From: Candidatus Latescibacterota bacterium
GTDB lineage: Bacteria; Latescibacterota; UBA2968; GCA-2709665
Reading direction: 5' to 3'
Assembly: GCA_963667175.2 (NCBI GenBank)
Contig: CAXXXF010000012.1
Location: 1-64,000 of the forward strand
Length of the DNA stretch: 64,000 bases
Of the stretch, positions 11,366 through 21,400 are shown piece after piece; within the stretch, counting starts at the first letter, position 1, and each line of letters starts with the position of its first letter. The notes below the pieces were generated by a model that searched no databases, was not told the origin of the DNA, and saw only the letters and a list, made by a program, of their open reading frames with translations. The translations under genes and the position numbers were made by a program.

Positions 11366-11623
11366 ATGAGCAATGCGAAATATGAAAATGCGCCTGCTGA
11401 ACTTGCAGATGCCATCGAACAGGCCAGGATCATTCCGGATTTTCTGCCTTCTCCCGATCAGCTTGTCCTCAAGGAGGAAACCGTACGGGTGACCCTTAAT
11501 CTTAACAAGAAAAGCGTGGATTTCTTCAAGTCGAACGCGCGGAAGAATGGCGTGCCCTATCAGAGCATGATCCGGAGAGTGCTGGAAATCTACACTGAGC
11601 AATATCTGGGTGAACGGTCGTGA
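11366..11623 (+). CDS. CopG/BrnA-like antitoxin with no adjacent toxin
   Basis: DFLPSPDQL, RVTLNL, FFK..A...GVPYQSMIR. Confidence 0.8.
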   Translation: MSNAKYENAPAELADAIEQARIIPDFLPSPDQLVLKEETVRVTLNLNKKSVDFFKSNARKNGVPYQSMIRRVLEIYTEQYLGERS

Positions 11624-11745
11624 GCGATCGGCGATACGATCGGACAGGCGCCCCCGACTGATCGCGTCCGAGTGACATCGTGCCCCGGCTGATCAGACCT
11701 GGGATACGGCGCGGCGCAAGGTTGAAAAGCCCGATCGAAATTACC

Positions 11746-11788
11746 GAAAAAGAGGGAGCGGAAGGCGGTCGCCTTTCGCTCCCTCTTT
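11746..11788. terminator. Bidirectional intrinsic terminator hairpin
   Basis: AAAAAGAGGGAGCGGAAGGCG...GCCTTTCGCTCCCTCTTT. Confidence 0.75.
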
Positions 11789-11804
11789 GATTTTCCACGT
11801 AAAT

Positions 11805-11870
11805 AATATACCAAAAAACCGCGCAAAAGTCAAGTATATAAATTATTTATAAATATATATTTATGTGCAT
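11805..11870 (-). promoter_or_regulatory. Strong sigma70-type promoter with AT-rich upstream element
   Basis: Minus strand TTGACT (11833-11828), 17 bp spacer, TGn-extended TATATT (11810-11805); near-pure AT tract at 11834-11864. Confidence 0.65.
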
Positions 11871-12023
11871 AATATCCATTGATTTCGTTCGCGCGATGAA
11901 TTATCTTCCCGATCGCATGGCCGATCCCGATAGTACGTCCCCGTGGTTAGAGTCTTACAGTAAGGCTTCTACGCATAATGCGTGCACGTTTATTCGTGCT
12001 TTTTGCTGACGTGAACGCGTTGG

Positions 12024-12094
12024 AATCCCCCCACCGCATCAGCCATCGCCTGACGGCTCGGCTTCTGCGACTCCCCCTCAAGGGGGGAGTGATT
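12024..12094. repeat. REP-like palindromic element
   Basis: AATCCCCCCACCG...ACTCCCCC-TCAA-GGGGGGAGTGATT hairpin. Confidence 0.5.
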
Positions 12095-12182
12095 GTAATG
12101 TCAAACGGGCTCAGACGTTCACTTCAATCTATATGGTTGCAACTGAACAAAGCGAAGCCGCGATAGGAGAGCGGGGCATTCG

Positions 12183-14099
12183 ATGCCGCCAAGATCCGAT
12201 CTCGAATATTGGAGCCACAGCGAGAGCGCCAGCGCCATTCTCGCCAACCTGCGCTGGACCTGGAGCCACGTCCGGGCGCACGGCAGGACGGCGGCGCTTC
12301 TCCTCATCGTTGTACACCTCCTCCTCGGTGTGCAGCCGGCCCTGCTCATCCACGTGACCAGGCATCTCGTCGACGCCGTCGTCGATGCGGCCGGCGGCGG
12401 CCCGTCCGGGTTTGACGACATCCTGCCGTGGCTGATTGCATTCGGCCTGATCCAACTGCTTACCAACGATGTGATGTGGCATTTGCGCGATGTCTTCTAC
12501 CTGCGTCTGGAGCAGGATCTTTCCCACGTTCTGGGCCGCCGCCTTCTGAAACGGTCGTCGAGCCTGCCCCTGCTGTTCTTCGACGTCAGCGAGACGTACG
12601 ACCGTCTGGAACGCGCGCGCGATCCGGGATCTAAACTCGGTCGACTGTTTTCCAACGCGCTGCACTTCTCCAGGGCCGCGGTCACAGCCGTCTCGGTGGC
12701 ATCCATGTTCGCGCCGGTTTCCATATGGATCTCCGTTGCCTTGCTGGGAGCGCTGGCGCCGCTTGTCCTCCTGGAGATCCGACAGAGCCGTATGTTCATG
12801 GCGTTCACCTACGGCGAGACACCGGAGGAGCGCCGTGCCGGGTACGTGAACCGGATCCTGACGGGTCGGTCGGAACAGAAGGAAATGCGGCTCTTCGGCC
12901 TGCACGCGCCGTTGACCGGACGCTGGCGGAGGATGCGCCAGGTACTGCGGGAACGACTGCTGGACCAGCGGCAACGCCAGGTCCTTGTGAGCATACCTGC
13001 CACGGGGTTCCACGTGGCAGTGGGAGTTGGCATCGCGGCTATCCTCGCGTTCCTGCTGGGTCACCGAGTCCTCACGCCCGGACGATTTGTTGCGCTCTTT
13101 CAGGGCGTCGGCGACATGCTGCACGCAGGAGGCAGTCTCGGTTTCAGCTCCAGGGAGTTGCAGACTCGTTCCGCGGAGGTCGGCTACGTCAGGGAGTTCT
13201 TCGACCGACCGGATGGCAGTAGACCGGAAACGGAAGCATCTCCCGGCACGGACCCAACGTCGAACGCTACCCTCTTTCCCCGACCCCTGCGGGAAGGTCT
13301 CGTCGTGGACAACGTCCACTTCACGTACCCGGCGTACACACCTGACGAGGAGGGCCGGTTTGTCCTGCAGGGGGTCAGTTTCCACCTGCAGCCCGGTGAA
13401 CGCGTCGCCCTCGTCGGCGACAACGGCGCCGGAAAGTCCACCCTGGCCAGGATCCTTCTCGGACTCTATCCGCCCACCGACGGGCGCGTGACCGCCGACC
13501 GTCTGGACTATGCTGAAATTGACCCGGCCAGCCTGTCAGACGCCGTGAGCGCGGCCTTCCAGGATTTCTCCCGGTTCGAATTCACGCTCGGCCAATCCAT
13601 CGGCATCGGCACACTGGGCGGGGCCCACGATGGGCCCGCCGCCGATTTGTGGCCTTCCTGGCTGCAACCGGATATGGCGGCGGTCGCGGATGCGGCACGC
13701 CGCGCCGGCGTCGACGAACTGGCGGAACGCCTACCCAGGGGTTACGACACGCCGATCGGGCACGTCCTCGACGGCGGACAGGGTCTCTCCGGCGGCGAAT
13801 GGCAGCGAATCGCCATCGCCCGCGCGTTTACCCGCGATCCGGAATTGCTCATCCTCGACGAGCCGGCGGCGGCCCTCGATGCGGTCGCAGAGGCGGCTCT
13901 GTACCGGCAGTTCGCCGAACTCCTTCAGGGGCGAACCGCCCTGCTGATCAGCCACCGGCTCGGCTCCGCGCGCATGGCCGATCGGATCCTCGTGCTCCAG
14001 CAGGGCCGCATCGTCGAGGAGGGGCGCCACGACGACCTCCTGGCTTACGGGGGCGTCTACGCAGGCATGTGGGAGGAACAGGCGTCATGGTACCGGTAG
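12183..14099 (+). CDS. ABC transporter, fused permease/ATPase, half 1
   Basis: TM region; GDNGAGKS, LSGGEWQR, LILDEP, ISHR. Confidence 0.93.
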   Translation: MPPRSDLEYWSHSESASAILANLRWTWSHVRAHGRTAALLLIVVHLLLGVQPALLIHVTRHLVDAVVDAAGGGPSGFDDILPWLIAFGLIQLLTNDVMWHLRDVFYLRLEQDLSHVLGRRLLKRSSSLPLLFFDVSETYDRLERARDPGSKLGRLFSNALHFSRAAVTAVSVASMFAPVSIWISVALLGALAPLVLLEIRQSRMFMAFTYGETPEERRAGYVNRILTGRSEQKEMRLFGLHAPLTGRWRRMRQVLRERLLDQRQRQVLVSIPATGFHVAVGVGIAAILAFLLGHRVLTPGRFVALFQGVGDMLHAGGSLGFSSRELQTRSAEVGYVREFFDRPDGSRPETEASPGTDPTSNATLFPRPLREGLVVDNVHFTYPAYTPDEEGRFVLQGVSFHLQPGERVALVGDNGAGKSTLARILLGLYPPTDGRVTADRLDYAEIDPASLSDAVSAAFQDFSRFEFTLGQSIGIGTLGGAHDGPAADLWPSWLQPDMAAVADAARRAGVDELAERLPRGYDTPIGHVLDGGQGLSGGEWQRIAIARAFTRDPELLILDEPAAALDAVAEAALYRQFAELLQGRTALLISHRLGSARMADRILVLQQGRIVEEGRHDDLLAYGGVYAGMWEEQASWYR

Positions 14100-15904
14100 A
14101 GAGCGACCCCATTCTTCAGCGCCCCCGCGGACCGCGGACCCTCATCCGCTTCCTGGGCTGGATGATCCGCACCGATCCATGGCGGGCAGTTACGTCCCTG
14201 GCTCTGGAGTTTACGGCTGGCCTGCTGCCGGCCGCGACGGTCTGGATCGTGAGGGAATTGTTCGATCTCGGCGTCGGTGTTTACCAGGGTGTGGCGCCCG
14301 TCACTTCAATGCTGCCGTGGCTCGCGGGCTGGGCGTCCGCTACCCTCGTCGAGACCGGCCTCCGGACGTGGTCGCGGACCATCCTGCTGGAGCGGCTGAA
14401 GCAGGAGATGGAAGACCGACTTCTCAAGCAACTCCAGATCAAGTCACGGTCTCTCCGTCTGGATGTGTTTGAGCGGGCCGACTTCCACGACCTGTTGCGC
14501 CGCGCGCAGGTGGCGGCGACGCCCGGCTTCTTCTTGAACCTGCTTGGTGCGATCTACCGGATCCTGACCGGAGGGCTGACCGTGGTTTCCGTTGGCATCG
14601 TCGTCGGGTTCTGGGATCCGTACCTGTTCGTGGCAATCGTCCTCGTCTCGTTGCCGCCGCCGCTTGCCGGCCTCTACCATAACGTGCACGAGTTCTATCT
14701 GCAACGCCGCCAGACGCAGAAGGATCGACTGCGCGGATATCTGGAGAGTATTCTTACCGAAAGGGAGTGCGCCAAGGAGGTGAGGGTTTTCGGTATTGCG
14801 CCCGTCCTGTTCAGGTGGTGGGATCACCTCTACTGGCAGGTCGCCGACCCCCTGTACCGCCAGAGACGCAGGCATCACGCCACCGGTGGTTGCCTGTCTG
14901 CCGTCAGCCTTTTCGCATTTGCCTGCGCCGTCGGCTGGTCGGCGTGGGCGGTCCTCGCGGGCGGGCTGTCCGCCGGACAGTTCGCGGCAATGCTGGTCGC
15001 TCTGCGTCAGGTACGTACAGGCGTCGACCACCTCGTAAACCGCATGAGCTTTCTAGCTATCCAGCTGTTGAACATCGCCGACCTGTTCATTTACCTCGAC
15101 CTCGGCCCGGAAGAGCCGTCCCGGAAAGCCGCCATCGCATCGGTTGAAGGAAGGACCATTGAAGCCAGGAACCTCTCCTTCCGATATCCTCAGACCAGGC
15201 GTCGCGCCCTCAGCGAAGTCACCTTAGCCATCCGACCTGGGGAGAGGGTCGCCCTGGTCGGCGAGAACGGATCCGGCAAGACCACGCTCGTCAAGGTACT
15301 CCTGGGGCTTTTTCGCCCGACGGCCGGCGATCTGCGCTACGGCGACCTTCCCGCAGAACGGACGGACAGGGAGACGTTGTGGAACCGTTCCACCGCGGTC
15401 TTCCAGGACCACACCCGCTTCGCCTTCACCCTGGGCTAGAACGTCGGGTTCGGCCGCTGGGAGCGGATGCGCGAACAGGCCGAGATCAACCGCGCGGCGC
15501 GCAGGGGCGGGGCGGACGCCGTCGCGAACCGGCTCCCGGAAGGGTACGAGACGCTGCTTGGAAGAGAATTCGAAGGCGGCACGGAATTGTCCGGCGGAGA
15601 ATGGCAGCGGGTCGCGATCTCCAGGGGATTCATGCGGGACGCCGACCTCGTCGTGCTCGACGAACCGACGGCTTCCCTGGATCCGAAGGCCGAGGCCGAC
15701 GTGTTCCGGCGATTTCTTGCCATGGCCGGCGGACGCACCACGATCGTGGTCTCGCACCGGCTGGGTTCGGCGCGAATGTGCGACCGGATCTTCGTCCTGA
15801 AGGAAGGACGGCTCGTCCAATACGGCGCCCACGATGAACTGCTTGCCAATAGCGGAGAGTACGCCCGGATGTGGGCGCTTCAGGCAGGATGGTATGAGGG
15901 GTAA
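14087..15904 (+). pseudogene. ABC transporter, fused permease/ATPase, half 2, with an in-frame TAG at 15437-15439
   Basis: GENGSGKT before the stop; LSGGEWQR, LDEPT and SHR after it in the same frame; FTLG*NV suggests GAG>TAG. Confidence 0.85.
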
Positions 15905-16428
15905 GTCCGGAGTTGGGCGATAGCTTCATCCACCGTATAGGCGCTTCCAGTTGCAGGCTCGTTTTTCCTCTGAAGGATTGTGATAACCCATCGGACTTCC
16001 CGAATCAATGCTGAAAGCGATCGAAGATTGTCAATGACAGCCCTGCTTGAATCGAATAGCGGCTCATCAAATTCATCGAATAACGCTAACAACGGGCAAA
16101 TCTCATCGATGATCTCATTAGCGACTGATTCTCCGCTGTTCATCTCCTCAATTGCAGATTTCGCATCACCGTTACACAGAACCAGATATTTTTCCGGATT
16201 TTTCTCCAGGAAATCCAATCCCCTTCTTAATTCGCCGATGGCTTCGAGTGTCAGACGATCGAGCCGGCTTAGAGCTTCCCGTGTCCGGGACGATAGTTCT
16301 CGAAAATCGTCCATCCTCCGCTTCAGGTCTCTTATTCTCCCATCTTTCCCGCTGATTGGAAGTGTATTGCCCTGCGCCCATACAGAAGCGACCTGCGACA
16401 CACAGGACATATTTAAAACCGTGGACAT
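15880..16428 (-). CDS. Hypothetical helical protein
   Basis: Low-GC ORF with plausible composition; start uncertain (alternative ATG at 16314). Confidence 0.5.
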   Translation of the reverse strand: MSTVLNMSCVSQVASVWAQGNTLPISGKDGRIRDLKRRMDDFRELSSRTREALSRLDRLTLEAIGELRRGLDFLEKNPEKYLVLCNGDAKSAIEEMNSGESVANEIIDEICPLLALFDEFDEPLFDSSRAVIDNLRSLSALIREVRWVITILQRKNEPATGSAYTVDEAIAQLRTYPSYHPA

Positions 16429-17238
16429 CTTCTGCCTCCATATTTGGGAGACGACTCAGTCGGACGTATAAAAAAAATATGGACACCGATACAGCCTGTC
16501 AAGCCATTTCACCTGAAAATCCCTGTAGTTCCAAGAGTCTTGCGCCGTCCGATAGTTATATCCTGATAAATTCATGAAACTGTTCGGAACAGTGTTTTTG
16601 TAAGTAGAAAGTGTTCTGTAGAAGGGAAAGCAGTAGGATGAGGTGTTGGCGCCGCGGTGATGAGCAATTTTGGGTGCGTCGGCAGCACTTAGGGGTGTCG
16701 CGTTCTTTCATTTGTGACTGAATTATTGGGGTTGGCGCAATCGTAAGTTTTCTTCCGCATATGTCTACAAAATTCCGCATTTGTGCACCCCGCGGATCGA
16801 TTTTGCGCGTCATTCCGCCTGACGGGTGGAAGCGCGTTCGTCACGCAAGGACCTGCAGGTTAAAGAACGCGTGCATGCGGGTGGGGCCTGCCTGCATCGT
16901 TGTCTTTCCGCTGGGATGGAGACATCTGAACGAACTATTCGTGCCAGAGGATTGGCGTAGGAGGGATTTCCGTCGGGAAACAGAGAAGGGCTTCCCCGGT
17001 TCCGGATGCAACTCAAGCGGTTTGAAATAGAGCACGAACGGCAGCAAATTCCCGGGACTTCAACTTTGCTAATCACCCGAGCGAGCGAGAATAAACCCCA
17101 TACCAAGGAAGAACCTAACGGGCAAGGTTGTCTTCTACCGTCTACCCTCTCCCGTCTACTCCCCGTATCCAGCGTCTTGTCACCTGTGTTGGTGATTGAC
17201 CGTCATAGCAATCGCGACATCCGACACCCTGGCTGACG

Positions 17239-18096
17239 CTAAAAGTCAATCGAAAGCGCGGCTCGAAGGCCCTTGTCTCTTGTCGGAGATACGCTCAGAT
17301 TGATCCGAGAAGGAGATACTTCGATCCATCTCTCGGTTTTTGTTTTGGCGCCGATCAACGTACCACAAAGCGTCGCTGTCGGCAAAGTCAAAACAGCGGC
17401 CCAGGCCCATTCAAAGCCTTCCCAGCCGCCAAATTCCCTGTACCGTCTTTCACCGTGACGGTACATCAAAAACGCAGCACCCAGCCCGACGAATAAACCA
17501 ACACTCGTGCCTTTTAATGTGTTTCTATGTCGTCCGAGGCTTACTTCAAGTTTATCGATCGAAGAAACAGCAATCAACAGAGGGCCGGTTTCATTGTGTA
17601 TCCGGATCGTGTCCACGGTAGCCCTGGAAAACTCTCCGCTGATCCATCCATTCGAGATCGAATGCGCCTTAATTCTAACTCGTGAATTTGGTTCCTCGAG
17701 CCTATGCACGGCCTTTTTTTTTGCGCGTCGCCACCTGTCAATCTCCCGCCATTTATGATGAACAGCGAGTACTTCAATGTCGCTGAACACGATTTTCCAC
17801 TTCTTCCACGGTATCGCCACGGATTGAACCACAAGATGATCCGCCTCGTTGGCCACAATCTCGCCGCTGGCAATTCTCCGACCGCCTTCTGACATATAGA
17901 CTACAGACACGTACGATCCTGACGACAGCATCGAGCGATCAAGATCCGAACGCGACATTTCCCTGACCGAACCTGCTGCTTCCTCTTTTCGAATGTCCGA
18001 GCCGAGAGGTCGCGTAGCGGCGTGCACGACGCCCGGTACAATCGTGTCAAATGCCAGGGTTGCGGTCAGGATCAGGATGAGTGCGGTCGTCTTCAT
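17239..18096 (-). CDS. Hypothetical exported/membrane protein
   Basis: Signal peptide MKTTALIL...VHA, GGGAG RBS, two glycine-rich hydrophobic segments, C-terminal Phe. Confidence 0.72.
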   Translation of the reverse strand: MKTTALILILTATLAFDTIVPGVVHAATRPLGSDIRKEEAAGSVREMSRSDLDRSMLSSGSYVSVVYMSEGGRRIASGEIVANEADHLVVQSVAIPWKKWKIVFSDIEVLAVHHKWREIDRWRRAKKKAVHRLEEPNSRVRIKAHSISNGWISGEFSRATVDTIRIHNETGPLLIAVSSIDKLEVSLGRHRNTLKGTSVGLFVGLGAAFLMYRHGERRYREFGGWEGFEWAWAAVLTLPTATLCGTLIGAKTKTERWIEVSPSRINLSVSPTRDKGLRAALSIDF

Positions 18097-18256
18097 GGTC
18101 TCCCTCCCGGGTTTCTCGCGAAACGAATGGCCTCGCAGTTCATGGGGTCCTCGGGGCGTTCACCCCTGTTTCAGCCGCGCTGTGATTTCCATCGGCTCCA
18201 GGCCGCCGTCTTTCTCCTTCGGCGCGCCGAACCGGATCGTGCGCGATCCGAACAAC

Positions 18257-21200
18257 TCAAACAATCTGTACGACGTCGGGATTCTCTACGTCCAACTCAC
18301 CTGCCGCATTTCGGAACAGTTCGACGGTCGTCGGATGGCAGGTAAAGACCAGGATCTGATTGGTTCTTGATAGTTCCGTGAAGGCGACGGCGGCCCGAAG
18401 CGCGCGGTTCGGATCGAAGTTGACCAGGACCTCGTCCACCACGACGGGTAGCGGCTCCGTCCGCTCCCCCAGTTCCCGGATCAACCCGAATCGGAGCGAC
18501 AGAAACAGTTGCTCCCGCGTGCCCCGGCTGAGTTCGGACGGCTGCTTCGTCCGCCCGTCGGCGTCCGTCACCGTAATCGTCTGTTCACCGAGGGGGGCGT
18601 ATACCTGCCGGTACCGTCCATCGGTGATCGCGGCGAAGAATTCCTGAGCGTGACGCACGACTCCGGGCTGGCGTTCCTGCTCGAACTTTCGCCGCGCTTC
18701 GTCAAGCAGGTTCCGGGCGAGCGTAAGCCGGGTCCAGTCACGTGCGTGATCCCTGAGTTGTTCCCGGAGCACGTTTCGCTCCATCCGCAGCCGCGACGAT
18801 TCCTCTTCGCCGATCAGACCATCCAGTTCCTTCCGGATTTCGCCCTGCTCGGTAGACAGTGATTCACGTTGAGCATCGACGTCGGCCCGTTCTGCCTCCA
18901 GCCGGTTAATCTCGTTTTCGATGGAATCAGGGTTCGTCTCGCCGAGATCCGATTTCAACGATTCCAGCAGATCGCCAGGCCCGCTGAGGCGTCGAAGCCC
19001 GTCGTGCGCGGCGCGAGCATTGTCGTCCAGTTTCGTCCGCCTGTCGAAGAGACCTGCGCGCACGCGGAAATTCTCCACGTCCTCGGCGCCTCCCGATCGG
19101 AGCAACTGTCCAAGCTCCTCGTCTGCCTTCCGTAGATCGCCCTTACGGTCTTTCAATTGGCGCCTGGCGTCCTCCAGTTCCGCCTCCGCGTCGGTCCGGG
19201 TCCGGACGTCTTCCCGGACCTCATCCATCAGCTCGACCAACCTGTCGGCGGCAACAGCTACGGTGCGTGGGTCGTTCCGTTCAATGGGGACGTCGAAAGC
19301 GGTCGCAAGGGGCTCAACAGCCTCAATGTATTCGTCAATGTCTTTCCGGATGGCCAGGATGCGCTGCTGCCAACTTCTCACGTCTTCCAGCCGGCTTCGT
19401 CCCAGTTCGACCTGTCCCTGCAGCACGTCGGCCGTCTCGGGCATAAGGGTATCGGAAAGACCACGCGCCGTCACCCATTCCCGCCATTCACGTTGCGCCG
19501 TCTTGAGCCGACCCTCCGCGTCCTCGACGGCAACCGCAGATTTATCGGCGCGGATCTGCCTCTGTTTTGCGAACTGCTGAGCGGCCGCGAGCGTTTCGGC
19601 GAGCAGCGTTCGTTCCCGCAGCAAGTCCTCCTCCCTGTCAATCTTCTGTTCGGCCGCGAGGAGGGACGATTCATCGATCTCTTCGAGATCGAGGGGGGCC
19701 GCATCGTGCTTCATCCTTGACTGCCGATCCTCTATGTCCGCTTCGGCGTGGTGAATGGACTCGCGAATGGGTTGCGCCAGAGGGGATTCCCCTGCAGGCG
19801 CCGGACCGGACTTTACGGACGTGAACAGATAAATGCCCAGGACGACAAACGCAATGCCGGCAACCGCGCTGATGAAGGCAGCCGCGCCTCCCAGAATCGC
19901 TCCTGCGACAGCGAACGCGATTCCAAATGCGAAGCTGAAGGATGCGGCGATTCGGCCGCCGGCTCGCGCGCCTGCAGCGGGCGCCGCGCCTTCCACGCCT
20001 TTGAGTTGATTCTTCAGATTCATCACGTTCTGTCGTTGCCGGCTGATCTCATCAAGCTGCGATCTCGTCGCCCGAACGAGGTGGCGGTGTCCTCGTATCC
20101 GGTCTGCATCGAGGCAGGGCGTCTCTGCGGCCTCAAGCTGCCGTCCGGCGTTGCTCTCCGCGTCCTCGGCTTCCTCTAACGCCGTACGATCCTGACTCAG
20201 GGTCGATCTGGCGTCGGTGAGTTCGGCGGATGCGACGGCCAATCGCTCACCGTGTTCGGAAATCTGCTGGCGGACGGAAATTGACAGATCGAACTCTTCC
20301 AACCGGCGCTCGTCCCAGTCCGGCCCCAGGTCTTTCAGGGATTCGCCGAGCGTTCGTCTGTGGCTTTCAAGTTCGGTTTCGCGTTCAGGAAGGTCCTTTA
20401 CGGACCCGTCGAACGCGGTGCGGCCGTTTTGCAGGCGGCCCACTTCGGCCGAGTATTCCAGAATGGCCTCGTGCTCTATCCTGACGTCTGCTGCCCGTTC
20501 GGCATCAGACACCCGGTTTTCCGCGGACTCGTACTCCCGCCGAGCGGCCCTCGAGCGCTCTTGCAGCGCTTCCAGGCGGTTCAATCCATCCGCGGGAAAA
20601 TCGTCAATGGCCGGCAGATCAGACAGTTCCTCCTCGGCGGAATTCAGGTCGATCCACCCCCCCCAGGCATTCTGAAGCATGACCTGATGGTTATACCGGG
20701 ATTGAATCTCCTGTCGCCGGACGCCGAGGCTTTCGAGCTCATCCCCGACATGCCGGCGGCGATCGGTCAGTTCGCCGTACCTGGTCGCGTTGTTGGAGAC
20801 TTCCCTCAGCCTGTTGTCCATTTCCACGATTTTGCCGTGGACGTCGTAGACCTTCTGGCTGCTTCCTCCTTTCAGAAAGATGCCCGTGCGGTCGGACTCG
20901 ATCGATCTGACGGCGGCTGGCAGCGACGTCACACCCATTCCCGCACTGTAAATCTGGCTATTTACGTTTTCGTCATTCAACAATGCGTCGCTGAAGAGGT
21001 CCTCGAGCGTGAATGCGAACACCTGTTCGAAGACGTCCCGCGAGTGGTTCCCGAGCAGTGCCGCCAGTTCATTTTCCGGGAGAGGCTGCCCGGATGCAGA
21101 CGTCAGGACCACGTCACCCCTGAAACTTCCCCCCGTCGTTCTCCGCACGTTGCACACTCGACCGTCCATACTTTCGATGGAAACGCGACCGCCATATCTC

Positions 21201-21400
21201 CCCCCGCCCAATGCCGGATAGGGGTTTACTCTTCCACTCTTACGGGGAAATCCGAAGAGCATCCTGCGGACGAATTCCAGCAGTGTGCTCTTGCCCGCCT
21301 CGTTCGGGCCGACGAAAACGGTCACCGAACGCGCCAGAGGCCCGAATTTCACGTCTGAGAAACGGCCGAATCCGTCGATGCCAATGTCGCGGATCTTCAT
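18257..21400 (-). CDS. YhaN-like SMC/Rad50-family ATPase
   Basis: GFGRF, GPNEAGKST, long coiled coil with a hydrophobic insert, LSRGTREQL, DEVLVNFD, FTCH. Confidence 0.92.
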   Translation of the reverse strand: MKIRDIGIDGFGRFSDVKFGPLARSVTVFVGPNEAGKSTLLEFVRRMLFGFPRKSGRVNPYPALGGGRYGGRVSIESMDGRVCNVRRTTGGSFRGDVVLTSASGQPLPENELAALLGNHSRDVFEQVFAFTLEDLFSDALLNDENVNSQIYSAGMGVTSLPAAVRSIESDRTGIFLKGGSSQKVYDVHGKIVEMDNRLREVSNNATRYGELTDRRRHVGDELESLGVRRQEIQSRYNHQVMLQNAWGGWIDLNSAEEELSDLPAIDDFPADGLNRLEALQERSRAARREYESAENRVSDAERAADVRIEHEAILEYSAEVGRLQNGRTAFDGSVKDLPERETELESHRRTLGESLKDLGPDWDERRLEEFDLSISVRQQISEHGERLAVASAELTDARSTLSQDRTALEEAEDAESNAGRQLEAAETPCLDADRIRGHRHLVRATRSQLDEISRQRQNVMNLKNQLKGVEGAAPAAGARAGGRIAASFSFAFGIAFAVAGAILGGAAAFISAVAGIAFVVLGIYLFTSVKSGPAPAGESPLAQPIRESIHHAEADIEDRQSRMKHDAAPLDLEEIDESSLLAAEQKIDREEDLLRERTLLAETLAAAQQFAKQRQIRADKSAVAVEDAEGRLKTAQREWREWVTARGLSDTLMPETADVLQGQVELGRSRLEDVRSWQQRILAIRKDIDEYIEAVEPLATAFDVPIERNDPRTVAVAADRLVELMDEVREDVRTRTDAEAELEDARRQLKDRKGDLRKADEELGQLLRSGGAEDVENFRVRAGLFDRRTKLDDNARAAHDGLRRLSGPGDLLESLKSDLGETNPDSIENEINRLEAERADVDAQRESLSTEQGEIRKELDGLIGEEESSRLRMERNVLREQLRDHARDWTRLTLARNLLDEARRKFEQERQPGVVRHAQEFFAAITDGRYRQVYAPLGEQTITVTDADGRTKQPSELSRGTREQLFLSLRFGLIRELGERTEPLPVVVDEVLVNFDPNRALRAAVAFTELSRTNQILVFTCHPTTVELFRNAAGELDVENPDVVQIV

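Noticed and set aside
17130-17185. Short TCTACC/CCGTCT tandem-like units
   Set aside because: Too few and too degenerate to call an array or assign a function
16430-17236. Small ORFs or an ncRNA in the 0.8-kb intergenic gap
   Set aside because: No motifs, RBS support or recognisable structure; the TGGCACG near 16946 lacks a correctly spaced TTGC
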